Source of the DNA: Minisyncoccota bacterium
GTDB lineage: Bacteria; Patescibacteriota; Minisyncoccia; UBA6257
Reading direction: 5' to 3'
Assembly (NCBI GenBank): GCA_028695015.1
Contig: JAQVJR010000001.1
Span: forward strand, 33,645 to 97,644
Length of the DNA: 64,000 nt
The notes beneath the pieces are model-generated. The model did no database searches, had not been told where the DNA came from, and saw only the letters and a list, made by a program, of their open reading frames with translations. Within the stretch, counting starts at the first letter, position 1, and each line of letters opens with the position of its first letter. Shown piece by piece: positions 8,047-17,160 of the stretch. The translations under genes were made by a program, and so were the position numbers.

Positions 8047-9213
8047 TTATTTAGTAAAATTATCCTGAATTACTTGTAAAACTGGTTTATCCCAGATAGC
8101 CCAACTCCGATCATTTTCTTCAGATTTAGCTGTTGGCCAATAAAACCAGAACGCTCCTGCCCACCAACTTTCTTTCTCAAACACGTTAAATAATGCTTGA
8201 GTCGCTAAAATTTGTTCTTCTGGACTATAAACCTCTCTGCCTTTTTCTCCCCTTGGAACTTTATCCTCACTATTCCAAGGCTCCATACTGGTGCCTTCTG
8301 TACTTCGATATCCAATTTCAGAAAATATCATCTTTTGGTTAAAGGTTTTTGCTATTGTTTCTAATTGCTTTACTATATTTTGATTACCATGCCTGCTTTC
8401 AAACCAAGCCCTTTCTATATCTTCTAAACTTGGATTAAGCTTTTTAGTCAAATCAAAATAAGGAGCCATAGAGATAATATCTAGATCTTTTAACCAGTCT
8501 AAAGTTAATGTTCTTTTAAAAGTTATCTCTTGCCACCAACAATTAAGCTTAGCGGTTATTAATCCCTGATATTGTTCTTTTATCTTGTAGATAAGATGCC
8601 TCCATCTCTGATCTTCTGGCCAAAGAGAATGAAATTCATTGCCTATGCAAAAAAGTTCCACCCCACAAGCCTCTGCTAAACCAGCATAATAAATTAAGGC
8701 ATTACCATAAGAAATAAACCATTGATTAATATCTTTTGGCTCTAAGCTAGCAACATAATCCCTATCCTCTCCTACGATAAGATCTGGTAATAAAGAAACT
8801 TTTTTTCCAGCTTGATGAATCATCGTAATCATGCTTTCTAAAGTTAAATCTTGAGTTTGGTCATATATTACTTGATTAGAGTCTAAAGTCTTTTGATACA
8901 AAAAAAACCTTAATTGAACATAGTTAATTTCTTGAATTTTCAAAAGGTTTTCTAAAGCATTAAAGGCTTCTAAGCTAGAATATGGATGAGGATCTGGATA
9001 AAAATCTATTCCCCTAAATTCTAAATCATTTTCCTTTATCAACCCGGTTTCTTTAGCCAATGACTCTATTACAAATTCTTCAGTGTAAATATAGTAATCT
9101 TTTTCATCTCTTAATTTAAGAAAAAAAGAAAATGTGTTCTTGATTTCTATTAAAGAAATAACCAAACAAATTAAGATTACCATAGTTATCACTATTCTTT
9201 TTTTAACATCCAT
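8047..9213 (-). CDS. membrane-anchored clan GH-A glycoside hydrolase (GH5/GH113-like)
   Basis: 388 aa with N-terminal TM. CIGNEFH (acid/base NE) and FSEIGY (nucleophile E) are spaced as in (beta/alpha)8 GH-A enzymes, and it has an aromatic-rich C-terminus. Confidence 0.55.
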   Translation of the reverse strand: MDVKKRIVITMVILICLVISLIEIKNTFSFFLKLRDEKDYYIYTEEFVIESLAKETGLIKENDLEFRGIDFYPDPHPYSSLEAFNALENLLKIQEINYVQLRFFLYQKTLDSNQVIYDQTQDLTLESMITMIHQAGKKVSLLPDLIVGEDRDYVASLEPKDINQWFISYGNALIYYAGLAEACGVELFCIGNEFHSLWPEDQRWRHLIYKIKEQYQGLITAKLNCWWQEITFKRTLTLDWLKDLDIISMAPYFDLTKKLNPSLEDIERAWFESRHGNQNIVKQLETIAKTFNQKMIFSEIGYRSTEGTSMEPWNSEDKVPRGEKGREVYSPEEQILATQALFNVFEKESWWAGAFWFYWPTAKSEENDRSWAIWDKPVLQVIQDNFTK

Positions 9214-10610
9214 TATTGATCACCTCCTTGCTCTAATTGTCGCAGAAGATTAATGTCATAAACCGTTCTCGGACGAGATATGTTTTGATCGCCATAATGA
9301 ACTGTTTTAGTTTCTTGCCATGATTTTACTCCTAAGCTATACAAACTGCACCAAAGCCAATGAAATCCAAAAATCCAATACACTGGTAAAAACAAAGCTC
9401 TTTTCCAGCCTCTTTTTTTAATACTATTGTAAAAAAGAAAACCAAAAAAAGTACTTGTCCAAATTAACCAAATCCAACCAGTAATATTAAAAATGGACAC
9501 TTGATTGGTTAAATAGTAAAACCAATAAAGAAAATTACTTGCCCACCAAGCAAACACTGATAAAGGGCTTAAACGATAAGCATAATCTAACCAATTGCCA
9601 AATCTATGCAAATTATCCCAAGTCACTCTTAAATGCCCTTTAATCCATCGGGACCTTTGTTTCATAACTCCACTCCAAGAAGGCGGTTTTTCATCATAAA
9701 CCACAAGATTATCTGCAAAGATAATTTTCTTATTTTCTAGAGTTAATCTAGTAAATAATTCAAAATCTTCTACTAAAGAATTAGTCCATCCTTCTGCTTC
9801 TTGTAAGACTCTAGTTCGGATAAATATTCCTGTGCCTGCTAAAAAACAAGGCAATTTAAAAACATCTCTTCCTCGCCATGAAATAGAAGAAAAAGTATCA
9901 TATTCCACTTCTTGAAGAAATGTCAAAATTGAAGAATACATATTGCTTGTTGAAAGCTCTGCCTGAATTGCATCAATTTCTTCATTTTTGAAATAAGCCA
10001 TTGCCCGGTTAAACAATTTTTTATCCTTTATCCTATTATCAGTATCAAATTGAGCAATAATCTTCCCTTTTGCCGCTTTTAATCCTTCATTTAAAGCTAA
10101 GGCTTTGCCTGATTTACGAGTTTGAATATCTAATACCTTAATCCTTTCATCACTTACAGATTTTGCATTCCTAATAGTATTATCAGTACAATTATGGGCC
10201 AAAACCAGAATTTCCAAGTTTTTGTATTCTTGACAAATTAAATCATTCAGAATGTTTCTTATGACTTTCTCCTCATTATGAGCCGGAATCATTACTGAAA
10301 TCAAAACTGAATCATCTTCTTCTATCTTATCTTCTTTTTTATTATAAAAGATACTGGCCACTCCCATTAAGACCCAAATAAACATACTGAGATACATTAA
10401 GACTACACATAGCAACAAGAAAAAAGGAAACTGAATATCCAAGGAAAAAAAAGCAAAACGATTACTTAAAACCAACCCTTTGCCTACCCCAAATACTTGT
10501 AAGACAGTCATCAGTAAAATAGAGATAACATATGCTGACAGAACAGTTGTAGCACAAGCATAAACAAAATCTTCTAAAGAAAAAATCCCTAATTTTCTAA
10601 GAATTTTCAC
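9213..10610 (-). CDS. processive family-2 glycosyltransferase (membrane polysaccharide synthase; D,D,D,QxxRW type)
   Basis: 465 aa with multiple TM helices, a PAHNEE…FDTDN (DxD) motif and a QRSRW motif typical of cellulose/chitin/PNAG-synthase-like GT2 enzymes. Confidence 0.75.
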   Translation of the reverse strand: MKILRKLGIFSLEDFVYACATTVLSAYVISILLMTVLQVFGVGKGLVLSNRFAFFSLDIQFPFFLLLCVVLMYLSMFIWVLMGVASIFYNKKEDKIEEDDSVLISVMIPAHNEEKVIRNILNDLICQEYKNLEILVLAHNCTDNTIRNAKSVSDERIKVLDIQTRKSGKALALNEGLKAAKGKIIAQFDTDNRIKDKKLFNRAMAYFKNEEIDAIQAELSTSNMYSSILTFLQEVEYDTFSSISWRGRDVFKLPCFLAGTGIFIRTRVLQEAEGWTNSLVEDFELFTRLTLENKKIIFADNLVVYDEKPPSWSGVMKQRSRWIKGHLRVTWDNLHRFGNWLDYAYRLSPLSVFAWWASNFLYWFYYLTNQVSIFNITGWIWLIWTSTFFGFLFYNSIKKRGWKRALFLPVYWIFGFHWLWCSLYSLGVKSWQETKTVHYGDQNISRPRTVYDINLLRQLEQGGDQ

Positions 10611-11310
10611 TTATATCTTCCTCCTTTATTAATTTAACTTTACCAAAATAAGCATTATCAACAAAAACTTGACCTATTCCTTTAAATTCTAAGACTGGAT
10701 CCCCTTTCCAAGCATCTGATGGAGAATAAACTAATAAGCCAATATATTTCCAATCTCCATAACTGCTGCCAGAAATCCAAGGGCCATAAGAAGCATATCT
10801 AGGATACCTGCCATCACCTATTCGAAAAAACTGATGAGCTAATCTAAATCCCCCTTCCTGAATTTCATACTTTACCCAAAATGACACATAGTATAATTCT
10901 TCTATTTCTACATTGGGTTTAAAAAATATATCAGGCACTGCAATAGCCCCATGATCCATTTTACTAAACCCTTGAATCATAAAAGATCGTCTTCCCATAT
11001 AACTATCCTTAGAGCATACAAAAGACACATCTCCAAAGAATATTTCTCCACCCCAAGGATAAGGCCTAAACCCATTAATGTCTGAAAAAACATCTAAAGA
11101 TTTGGGCACAAATTCAAAAGAATTGTTTTCAAACATGGCTTCACTTGAATGACTAGGTCTTGGCAAAATACAATAACCTTCAGGCAACTTAACACTATCT
11201 AGTAAAATCGGGGCATTAGCTCTTAGTTCTGCTGCTCCATAATTTAAAACAGGAATAAAGCTTAAAAACACCAATAGCAAAAAAGACAACAATACTAAAA
11301 ATCTTTTCAT
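10597..11310 (-). CDS. secreted hypothetical protein, first gene of the GT2/GH module
   Basis: 237 aa with signal peptide. Overlaps the GT2 start by 14 nt, consistent with an operon. Confidence 0.5.
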   Translation of the reverse strand: MKRFLVLLSFLLLVFLSFIPVLNYGAAELRANAPILLDSVKLPEGYCILPRPSHSSEAMFENNSFEFVPKSLDVFSDINGFRPYPWGGEIFFGDVSFVCSKDSYMGRRSFMIQGFSKMDHGAIAVPDIFFKPNVEIEELYYVSFWVKYEIQEGGFRLAHQFFRIGDGRYPRYASYGPWISGSSYGDWKYIGLLVYSPSDAWKGDPVLEFKGIGQVFVDNAYFGKVKLIKEEDISENS

Positions 11311-11425
11311 TTCTTTCTCTCCTTTCTTTTTTATTTAATTTTCAAAGTTCTTAATTGAGTTATAATATATCTTTATTATAAGTTTGTCAAGGATTAAAGA
11401 TATAAAACTTCCTAAATAATATAAG

Positions 11426-11525
11426 GTAAAAAAATGCTGCCGCTTCTGGCAAGCCAAAAACGACAGCATTATTAGTATATCAAATCTTAAAACCTTGTCA
11501 AGTCTATTGTGGATAACTTAAAACC
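11426..11525 (-). promoter_or_regulatory. conserved intergenic module copy 6 (hairpin 11433-11470; -10 11474-11479; -35 11496-11501; terminator 11521-11542)
   Basis: Read directly from sequence. Confidence 0.6.
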
Positions 11526-11547
11526 AATCTAATATTGGTTTTAATAG

Positions 11548-11970
11548 TTAATTATCCAACAATTCTTGCTCTCTCTGTATTATCCTTTCAGTAAGCTCCA
11601 TATAATGCTCCATATCTTCCATTAACAAATCAGTATAGGCGCTAAAGTTATCCTCAGTTACTCCATATTTGCGATACAAATCTTCATGATGTGATAATAA
11701 ATTCAGAGGATCTGTCTGCATATAATAAGAGAGTTGGGCTACTATTTCAACATAAACATCATCTGTCATAGCGCCTATGCCTCCACTAGATGCTTCAGAA
11801 GAAGCACCTGAATCTTCATGAGATGTTTCAGAAGGCATTTCAGATGATTCACTAATGCCAGGGATCTCTGTACCAACTCTATCTTTTGTTGATTGCCAAA
11901 CAACAATCCCTATCACTATTATTAAAATAATTGCAACAATTAACCAAATCTGTTTTGAATTAATTTTCAT
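11548..11970 (-). CDS. signal-anchored protein with Ser/Glu-rich low-complexity region
   Basis: 140 aa with N-terminal TM. Flanked by module copy 6 and a terminator hairpin. Confidence 0.5.
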   Translation of the reverse strand: MKINSKQIWLIVAIILIIVIGIVVWQSTKDRVGTEIPGISESSEMPSETSHEDSGASSEASSGGIGAMTDDVYVEIVAQLSYYMQTDPLNLLSHHEDLYRKYGVTEDNFSAYTDLLMEDMEHYMELTERIIQREQELLDN

Positions 11971-12140
11971 TTTAAAATTGTATTTAAAAGAATCTTAATA
12001 TTTTTACTTATTTCGACCTTTCTCACTCCTTTTAGTATATCAATAATTATTTAATATACCAAGATTTAAATAAATTACCTTAATTCAATTAAAAAAGCCT
12101 TTGTTTTTACACAAAGGCTTTTAAAATGCAAGAAAATGTT

Positions 12141-12365
12141 TTACTCTTCAACAACTTCTTCCACTTCTTCTACCTCTTCTTCAGGAACAGGTAAAACTGT
12201 TTCTTCTTCTATTTCAGGCATTGGCTCTTCTTCTATTTCCTCTTCAGGAATGATAGGAAGAGGTTCTTCAGTTTCTTCTATGGTTTCTGAAGAGCGAATA
12301 ATCATGAAAATGACAATCACTAAAACGATAACAATGCCAATAATTAACCAAGTTTTATTCTTCAT
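12141..12365 (-). CDS. small membrane protein with acidic (E-rich) tail
   Basis: 74 aa with one TM helix then EEPLPIIPEEEIEEE…. Chosen over the overlapping plus-strand Ser-rich ORF because of gene polarity and the TM pattern. A bidirectional terminator hairpin at 12093-12122 lies downstream. Confidence 0.4.
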   Translation of the reverse strand: MKNKTWLIIGIVIVLVIVIFMIIRSSETIEETEEPLPIIPEEEIEEEPMPEIEEETVLPVPEEEVEEVEEVVEE

Positions 12366-12507
12366 AAGTTTAAAGAATTTTTATTTTTAATACCCAAATC
12401 TTAAAGTAAAAGACTTAAGGATTTTATAAACTAAATTCGACCTTTTATGAGTTTTTATCTTCTTTATATATTCTAAAGAATATATCAATAAGAGTCAAGG
12501 AAATCCG

Positions 12508-12581
12508 TGGGTGATGCTGGATTTGAACCAGCGGCCTCGTCGATGTGAACGACGCGCTCTAAACCACTGAGCTAATCACCC
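12508..12581 (-). tRNA. tRNA-Val (anticodon CAC)
   Basis: Manual cloverleaf: acceptor GGGTGAT/ATCACCC, D-arm GCTC…GAGC, anticodon stem CGTCG/CGACG, loop TTCACAT, T-arm GCTGG-TTCAAAT-CCAGC. No encoded CCA. Confidence 0.8.
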
Positions 12582-12605
12582 ACTGAGCTGATTCTTCTAA
12601 TAAAT

Positions 12606-13046
12606 CTATTTAATTTCTAAAGTTGCTCCTGCTGCTTCAAGTTTTTGCTTAATCTCTTCTGCTTCTTTTACAGGAATATCTGTTTTTAATTCTTTTGGTG
12701 CTGCATCAACCAAATCCTTAGCTTCTTTTAAGCCAAGGCCTAAAATATCCTTAACCTCTTTAATAATCTGTACTTTTGCTTGACCAGCATCTTTTAAGAT
12801 TAAGGTAACGCTTTCTTTCTTTTCTCCTGCACCTGCTTCTTCTGCTCCTGCACTAGCGCCTCCAACTCCAGCTACCATTTGTGGAGCTGCAGAAACACCA
12901 AATTTATCTTCTAAGGCCTTAACTAAATCAACAAGCTCCATTACGCTTAACTCTTCTATTTTCTTCATTAAGTCTTGAAGTTTTTCTGAAACTTGTTTTT
13001 GTTCTTTTTCTTCTGCAACTTTTTTTTGTTCTTTTTCTTCTGCCAT
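12606..13046 (-). CDS. rplL: ribosomal protein L7/L12
   Basis: 146 aa with conserved CTD ending …EAAGATLEIK. N-terminus carries a duplicated AEEKEQK segment. Confidence 0.9.
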   Translation of the reverse strand: MAEEKEQKKVAEEKEQKQVSEKLQDLMKKIEELSVMELVDLVKALEDKFGVSAAPQMVAGVGGASAGAEEAGAGEKKESVTLILKDAGQAKVQIIKEVKDILGLGLKEAKDLVDAAPKELKTDIPVKEAEEIKQKLEAAGATLEIK

Positions 13047-13065
13047 ATTAATTAATTTTTAAAAA

Positions 13066-13584
13066 TTATTTTGTCGCTTTAATGCCTTCTAAAACAATAA
13101 CCAATTTCTGAATTGTATTATTCAAATCAGATACTAATCGTTGCATTGGAGAAGACATTGAGCCAACTAATCGACCTAAAAGCGATTCTTGGGATGAAAT
13201 TTTTGCTAATTGTTGTATTTCTTTTTTACTCAAAAACCTTCCTTCAGCCGCTCCGCCTAATATCTGAATATTTTCATTTTTTTTAGAAAATCCTAAAAGG
13301 GTTTTTGCTGTTTTAAAACAATCATCAAAAGCAATCCCTAACATCAAAGAACCTTCTTTTTCAATGGGAATGGCTTCTTGATATCCAGCTTGGGAAAAAA
13401 CAACCTGAGCCAAATTCTTTTTTATTACCTGGGCTGCAGATTGTTCTTCTCTTAATTGTTTTCTTAATTCTTCCAAATCAGATACTTTAATGCCAGAAAA
13501 ATTAAGAAAATAAACAGCCTTAGCTTTTTTTATCTCTTCTAGTAAATCTTTAACTATTTGTGTTTTTTTCTCTTTGGAAATCAT
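13066..13584 (-). CDS. rplJ: ribosomal protein L10
   Basis: L10-like sequence. Start placed at the internal ATG (MISKEKK…). The longer ORF to 13620 begins inside a leader hairpin (tctgtgg-gaaa-ccacaga + T-run) and is probably leader, not coding. Confidence 0.8.
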   Translation of the reverse strand: MISKEKKTQIVKDLLEEIKKAKAVYFLNFSGIKVSDLEELRKQLREEQSAAQVIKKNLAQVVFSQAGYQEAIPIEKEGSLMLGIAFDDCFKTAKTLLGFSKKNENIQILGGAAEGRFLSKKEIQQLAKISSQESLLGRLVGSMSSPMQRLVSDLNNTIQKLVIVLEGIKATK

Positions 13585-13690
13585 TTTTTTAATTAAAAAT
13601 CTGTGGTTTCCCACAGACAATATATAAAAAGGAGTTATTCCTGATCAGGTCTTATGCTCTGGCTGCCTGATGTCTTGGGAAACTAGATAC

Positions 13691-13718
13691 AGTATATAGG
13701 AATTAAATTTTTTGTCAA
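13691..13718 (-). promoter_or_regulatory. rplJ-rplL promoter (TTGACA-N16-TATACT) plus structured L10 leader (13585-13690)
   Basis: Plus-strand tgtcaa at 13713-13718 and agtata at 13691-13696. Leader hairpins include the terminator-like stem at 13590-13615. Confidence 0.55.
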
Positions 13719-13753
13719 GAAAATAGAGCGGCAATAGCAGGAAGAATTTTAGC

Positions 13754-14110
13754 TTATGCCGCATAATAGGTAACCTCCTTTAATCTTTCTTCAACTTTAT
13801 TGATTAATCTTTCAGCTGCATTCTTTCCAGAATGGAATATATGGAGACAAAACATTCTAATTTTTTCAATAGTTAAGCCCTTTTTGATTGCCTGCTCTAC
13901 CAGAGTTTTAATATTAGAAATATAATGTTCATCTCCTTTTGCTTTTAATTTAGCCACAGATAAGATAAATCTTAACTGTCTTTTATTTTTACCTTTTAAA
14001 GCGCTTTCAAGCACTAATTGAGCCTGTTTAAGCTCTTGAGTGTCGCTTAAGGGTTCTTTTTTAGGCCTAAAAGATTTAAAGGTTGTTGTTTTTTTATTAT
14101 TAAAGAACAT
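13754..14110 (-). CDS. hypothetical basic protein
   Basis: 118 aa, Lys-rich. Sits where rplK/rplA are normally found but matches neither L11 nor L1. Confidence 0.35.
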   Translation of the reverse strand: MFFNNKKTTTFKSFRPKKEPLSDTQELKQAQLVLESALKGKNKRQLRFILSVAKLKAKGDEHYISNIKTLVEQAIKKGLTIEKIRMFCLHIFHSGKNAAERLINKVEERLKEVTYYAA

Positions 14111-14183
14111 TTTTTACACCTCCTTCTAGTCTTCCTGCTATTGTCCAAGAGAAAATTATACCCAAGTATAATATTAAGTCAAG

Positions 14184-14255
14184 AGCCCATGGCCGGACTT
14201 GAACCGACAACCTACTGTTTACGAAACAGTTGCTCTGCCATTGAGCTACATGGGC
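14184..14255 (-). tRNA. tRNA-Thr (anticodon CGT)
   Basis: Acceptor GCCCATG/CATGGGC, D-arm GCTC-AATGGCA-GAGC, anticodon stem ACTGT/ACAGT, loop TTCGTAA, T-arm GTCGG-TTCAAGT-CCGGC. Confidence 0.8.
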
Positions 14256-14348
14256 CTGTTTTAATATAAAATACCAGAATTCAAGTAAATTGTAAATCAG
14301 AATATCCTATGATAGAATAAATAAACTTAATTGTATTAATTTTAATCT

Positions 14349-15512
14349 ATGGCTAAAACAAAACAAGTCTATCTGGATTATGCCGCCACCACTCCTGTAG
14401 ATCCTCAGGTTTTAAAAACAATGATGCCTTATCTTAAGGAAAAATTTGGCAACTCAGTTTCTTTGTATAAATTAGGTCAAGAATCTAAAAAAGCCTTAGA
14501 AAAAGCTCGTTTAATAATTACTCAAGCTATTAATGCGAAAAACAAGGAAGAAATAATTTTTACCAGCTCAGCAACAGAAAGTAATAATTTAGCCTTAAAA
14601 GGAATAGCTTTTGCTAATCAAAAAAAATCACATATTATTATCTCTGCGATTGAGCATGATTGTGTTTTAAACAGTACCTCTTGGCTTCAAAAACAAGGTT
14701 TTCAAATCACCCAAATCAAACCTGACAAATATGGATTAATAAACCCAAAGGATATAGAAAAAGCCATTAAAAAAAACACTATCTTAATTTCCATTATCCA
14801 TGGCAATAATGAAATTGGCACTATCCAACCCATAGAACAAATCGGAAATATCTGTGAAAAAAAGAAAATATATTTTCATACTGATGCGGTTCAAACCTTT
14901 GGCAAAATTCCCATTGATGTTCAGAAAATGAAAATTGATTTATTAACTGCCTCTTCTCATAAGATTTATGGACCTAAAGGCGCTGGCTTATTATATATCA
15001 AAAAAGACATAAGAATAGATCCTTTGCTCCATGGTGGCAATCAAGAATTTGGTCTTCGTTCTTCCACTGTTAATGTTCCTGCCATTATTGGTTTTGGCAA
15101 AGCAACAGAAATATGTTTAAAAAAAATGAAATCTGAATCAAAAAGATTAACTCAATTAAGAGATTATTTAATTCAAGGAATTTTAAAAAAAATACCCCAA
15201 GCGCATCTTAATGGTCATCCAATAAAACGATTGCCTAATAATGCTAATTTTTGGTTTGCTTTTATTGAAGGCGAATCAATTGTGACCAGCCTTGATCAAT
15301 ATGGCATTGCCGCCTCAACTGGCTCTGCTTGTTCTTCAGAAAAATTAGAGCCTAGCCATACACTTTTAGCTTGTGGATTATTGCCAGAATGCGCTCATGG
15401 TTCTTTAAGATTAACTCTTGGTCGATGGACAACAAAAAAAGACATTGATTATGTTTTAAATACCTTACCTAAAATCATTAAAAATTTAAGAAAAATATCA
15501 CCTTTCAAATAA
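14349..15512 (+). CDS. iscS: cysteine desulfurase (class V aminotransferase, IscS/NifS-like)
   Basis: 387 aa with an SSHKIYGPKGAGLLY PLP-lysine region and a C-terminal GSAC…-type active-site Cys region. Confidence 0.85.
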   Translation: MAKTKQVYLDYAATTPVDPQVLKTMMPYLKEKFGNSVSLYKLGQESKKALEKARLIITQAINAKNKEEIIFTSSATESNNLALKGIAFANQKKSHIIISAIEHDCVLNSTSWLQKQGFQITQIKPDKYGLINPKDIEKAIKKNTILISIIHGNNEIGTIQPIEQIGNICEKKKIYFHTDAVQTFGKIPIDVQKMKIDLLTASSHKIYGPKGAGLLYIKKDIRIDPLLHGGNQEFGLRSSTVNVPAIIGFGKATEICLKKMKSESKRLTQLRDYLIQGILKKIPQAHLNGHPIKRLPNNANFWFAFIEGESIVTSLDQYGIAASTGSACSSEKLEPSHTLLACGLLPECAHGSLRLTLGRWTTKKDIDYVLNTLPKIIKNLRKISPFK

Positions 15513-15997
15513 TGTATAATAAAAAAGTATTACAACATTTTAAAAGCCCCCATAACTTTGGCAAGATACAAAATGCTGATGGCCAAGGCCAAGTGGGCAA
15601 TGTGGTTTGCGGAGATGTAATGAATCTCTATCTTAAGATAGGGAAAAATAAAAAAGGCGAAGAAATTATTGAAGATGTTAAATTTGAAACTTATGGTTGT
15701 GTGGCCGCAATAGCCACTAGCAGCATTATCACTGATTTAGCTAAAGGAAAAACCATTAAACAAGCTATTGGATTAAATAAGGATAGCATTATTGACACTC
15801 TAGAAGAATTACCAGCAATTAAAATCCATTGTTCTGTCCTAGCTATCGATGCCTTAAATGAAGCCATATATAATTATCTTCATAAAAACAAAAGAGACAT
15901 TCCAAAAGAATTACAAAAACGTCATCAAAGAATAGAAAAAGAAAAGCAAATCATTGAGAAAAAATACGCTGATTGGATCAATTCAAGCAAAGATTAA
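15512..15997 (+). CDS. iscU: Fe-S cluster scaffold (IscU/NifU N-terminal domain)
   Basis: 161 aa with VCGDVM and YGCVAAIATS motifs. Start overlaps the iscS stop. Confidence 0.8.
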   Translation: MYNKKVLQHFKSPHNFGKIQNADGQGQVGNVVCGDVMNLYLKIGKNKKGEEIIEDVKFETYGCVAAIATSSIITDLAKGKTIKQAIGLNKDSIIDTLEELPAIKIHCSVLAIDALNEAIYNYLHKNKRDIPKELQKRHQRIEKEKQIIEKKYADWINSSKD

Positions 15998-16004
15998 AAC
16001 AATA

Positions 16005-17087
16005 ATGAAAGATTTACAAAATAAGAAAATAGTTGTCGGCTTATCAGGTGGCATTGATTCTGCTATTGCTTTAATTTTATTAAAACAACAAGGGTGGCAA
16101 CCTATTGGTGTTTTTTTAAAATTACCTCTTTGGCAAAACAATACTAATGCTTTTTCAAAAAACATTTATCAATCAGAACAATCTTTAAAAACAGCCATTG
16201 ATATTTGTAAAAAACTAGATGTTCCTTTTTATACTATTGATGCTAAAAAAGAATTTGAAAAAGAAGTTGTTGAATACTTTGTAAAAGAGTGGAAAAGCCT
16301 AAGAACGCCTAATCCTTGTGTTGTTTGTAATCCTAATTTTAAATTCAAACAATTAATCAATTGGGCTAAAAAACATAAAATTCAATACATTGCCACTGGC
16401 CATTATGCTAAATTAAAATTAAACCCCAAAACCAAATTATATGAATTATTTAGAGCCAAAGACAAAACCAAAGACCAAACCTATGATCTTTGTCTCTTGC
16501 CTCAAAAATGGCTTAAGCAAATCATTTTCCCTTTAGGAGATTATACTAAACAACAAGTTTATCAAATAGCTAAAAAACAAGGATTAAAAACCTTTTCTCA
16601 AAAAAAAGAAAGCCAGGATTTCTGTTTTATTGCTGGACAATCTCTTTGTCCCTTTTTAAAAGAAAAAATAGGAGAAAAACAAGGATTAATTACTGATTTA
16701 GAAAACAATGTTTTATCTAAACATCAAGGATTGCATTTTTATACCTTAGGCCAAAGAAAAGGTATTAAACTTGCTAATGGACCATATTTTGTCTTTGGTT
16801 TTGATAAAAAAAGAAATACCCTTTTAGTAACTAAAAATAAAAAAGACCTCTTTAAAAAAGAAATCTTAATTCATCCTTATCAATTAATTTCTGGACAAAA
16901 GATTCAAAAACCTATCAAAGCCCAAGTTCAAATCCGTTATCAACAAAAACCTTGTTCAGCCAAATTAATCCCTCAAAAAAACAAATTAAAAATAATGTTC
17001 TCAAAACCTATTCTTGCTCCTTGCCCAGGCCAATTTGCTGTTTTCTATGAAAAAAACAAATGCCTTGGTGGTGGTAGAATAATTTGA
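16005..17087 (+). CDS. mnmA: tRNA-specific 2-thiouridylase
   Basis: PP-loop motif VVGLSGGIDSAIA. Start taken at MKDLQNKK (internal ATG) to avoid overlapping iscU; the ORF track starts at 15954. Confidence 0.85.
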   Translation: MKDLQNKKIVVGLSGGIDSAIALILLKQQGWQPIGVFLKLPLWQNNTNAFSKNIYQSEQSLKTAIDICKKLDVPFYTIDAKKEFEKEVVEYFVKEWKSLRTPNPCVVCNPNFKFKQLINWAKKHKIQYIATGHYAKLKLNPKTKLYELFRAKDKTKDQTYDLCLLPQKWLKQIIFPLGDYTKQQVYQIAKKQGLKTFSQKKESQDFCFIAGQSLCPFLKEKIGEKQGLITDLENNVLSKHQGLHFYTLGQRKGIKLANGPYFVFGFDKKRNTLLVTKNKKDLFKKEILIHPYQLISGQKIQKPIKAQVQIRYQQKPCSAKLIPQKNKLKIMFSKPILAPCPGQFAVFYEKNKCLGGGRII

Positions 17088-17157
17088 GCGGGATACGAGA
17101 ATCGAACTCGCGCCTTAACCTTGGGAAGGTTACATACTACCATTATACGAATCCCGC
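17087..17157 (-). tRNA. tRNA-Gly (anticodon CCC)
   Basis: Acceptor GCGGGAT/ATCCCGC, anticodon stem TAACC/GGTTA, loop TTCCCAA, T-arm GCGAG-TTCGATT-CTCGT. Abuts the mnmA stop on the opposite strand. Confidence 0.75.
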
Positions 17158-17160
17158 TAT

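Noticed and set aside
368-11545. Integron-like gene-cassette array, with the repeated modules as attC sites
   Set aside because: The modules lack the R''/L''…L'/R' core sites (RYYYAAC … GTTRRRY) of attC. They carry clear promoter hexamers instead. No intI-like integrase is present. The MITE interpretation was also rejected because there are no terminal inverted repeats or target-site duplications.
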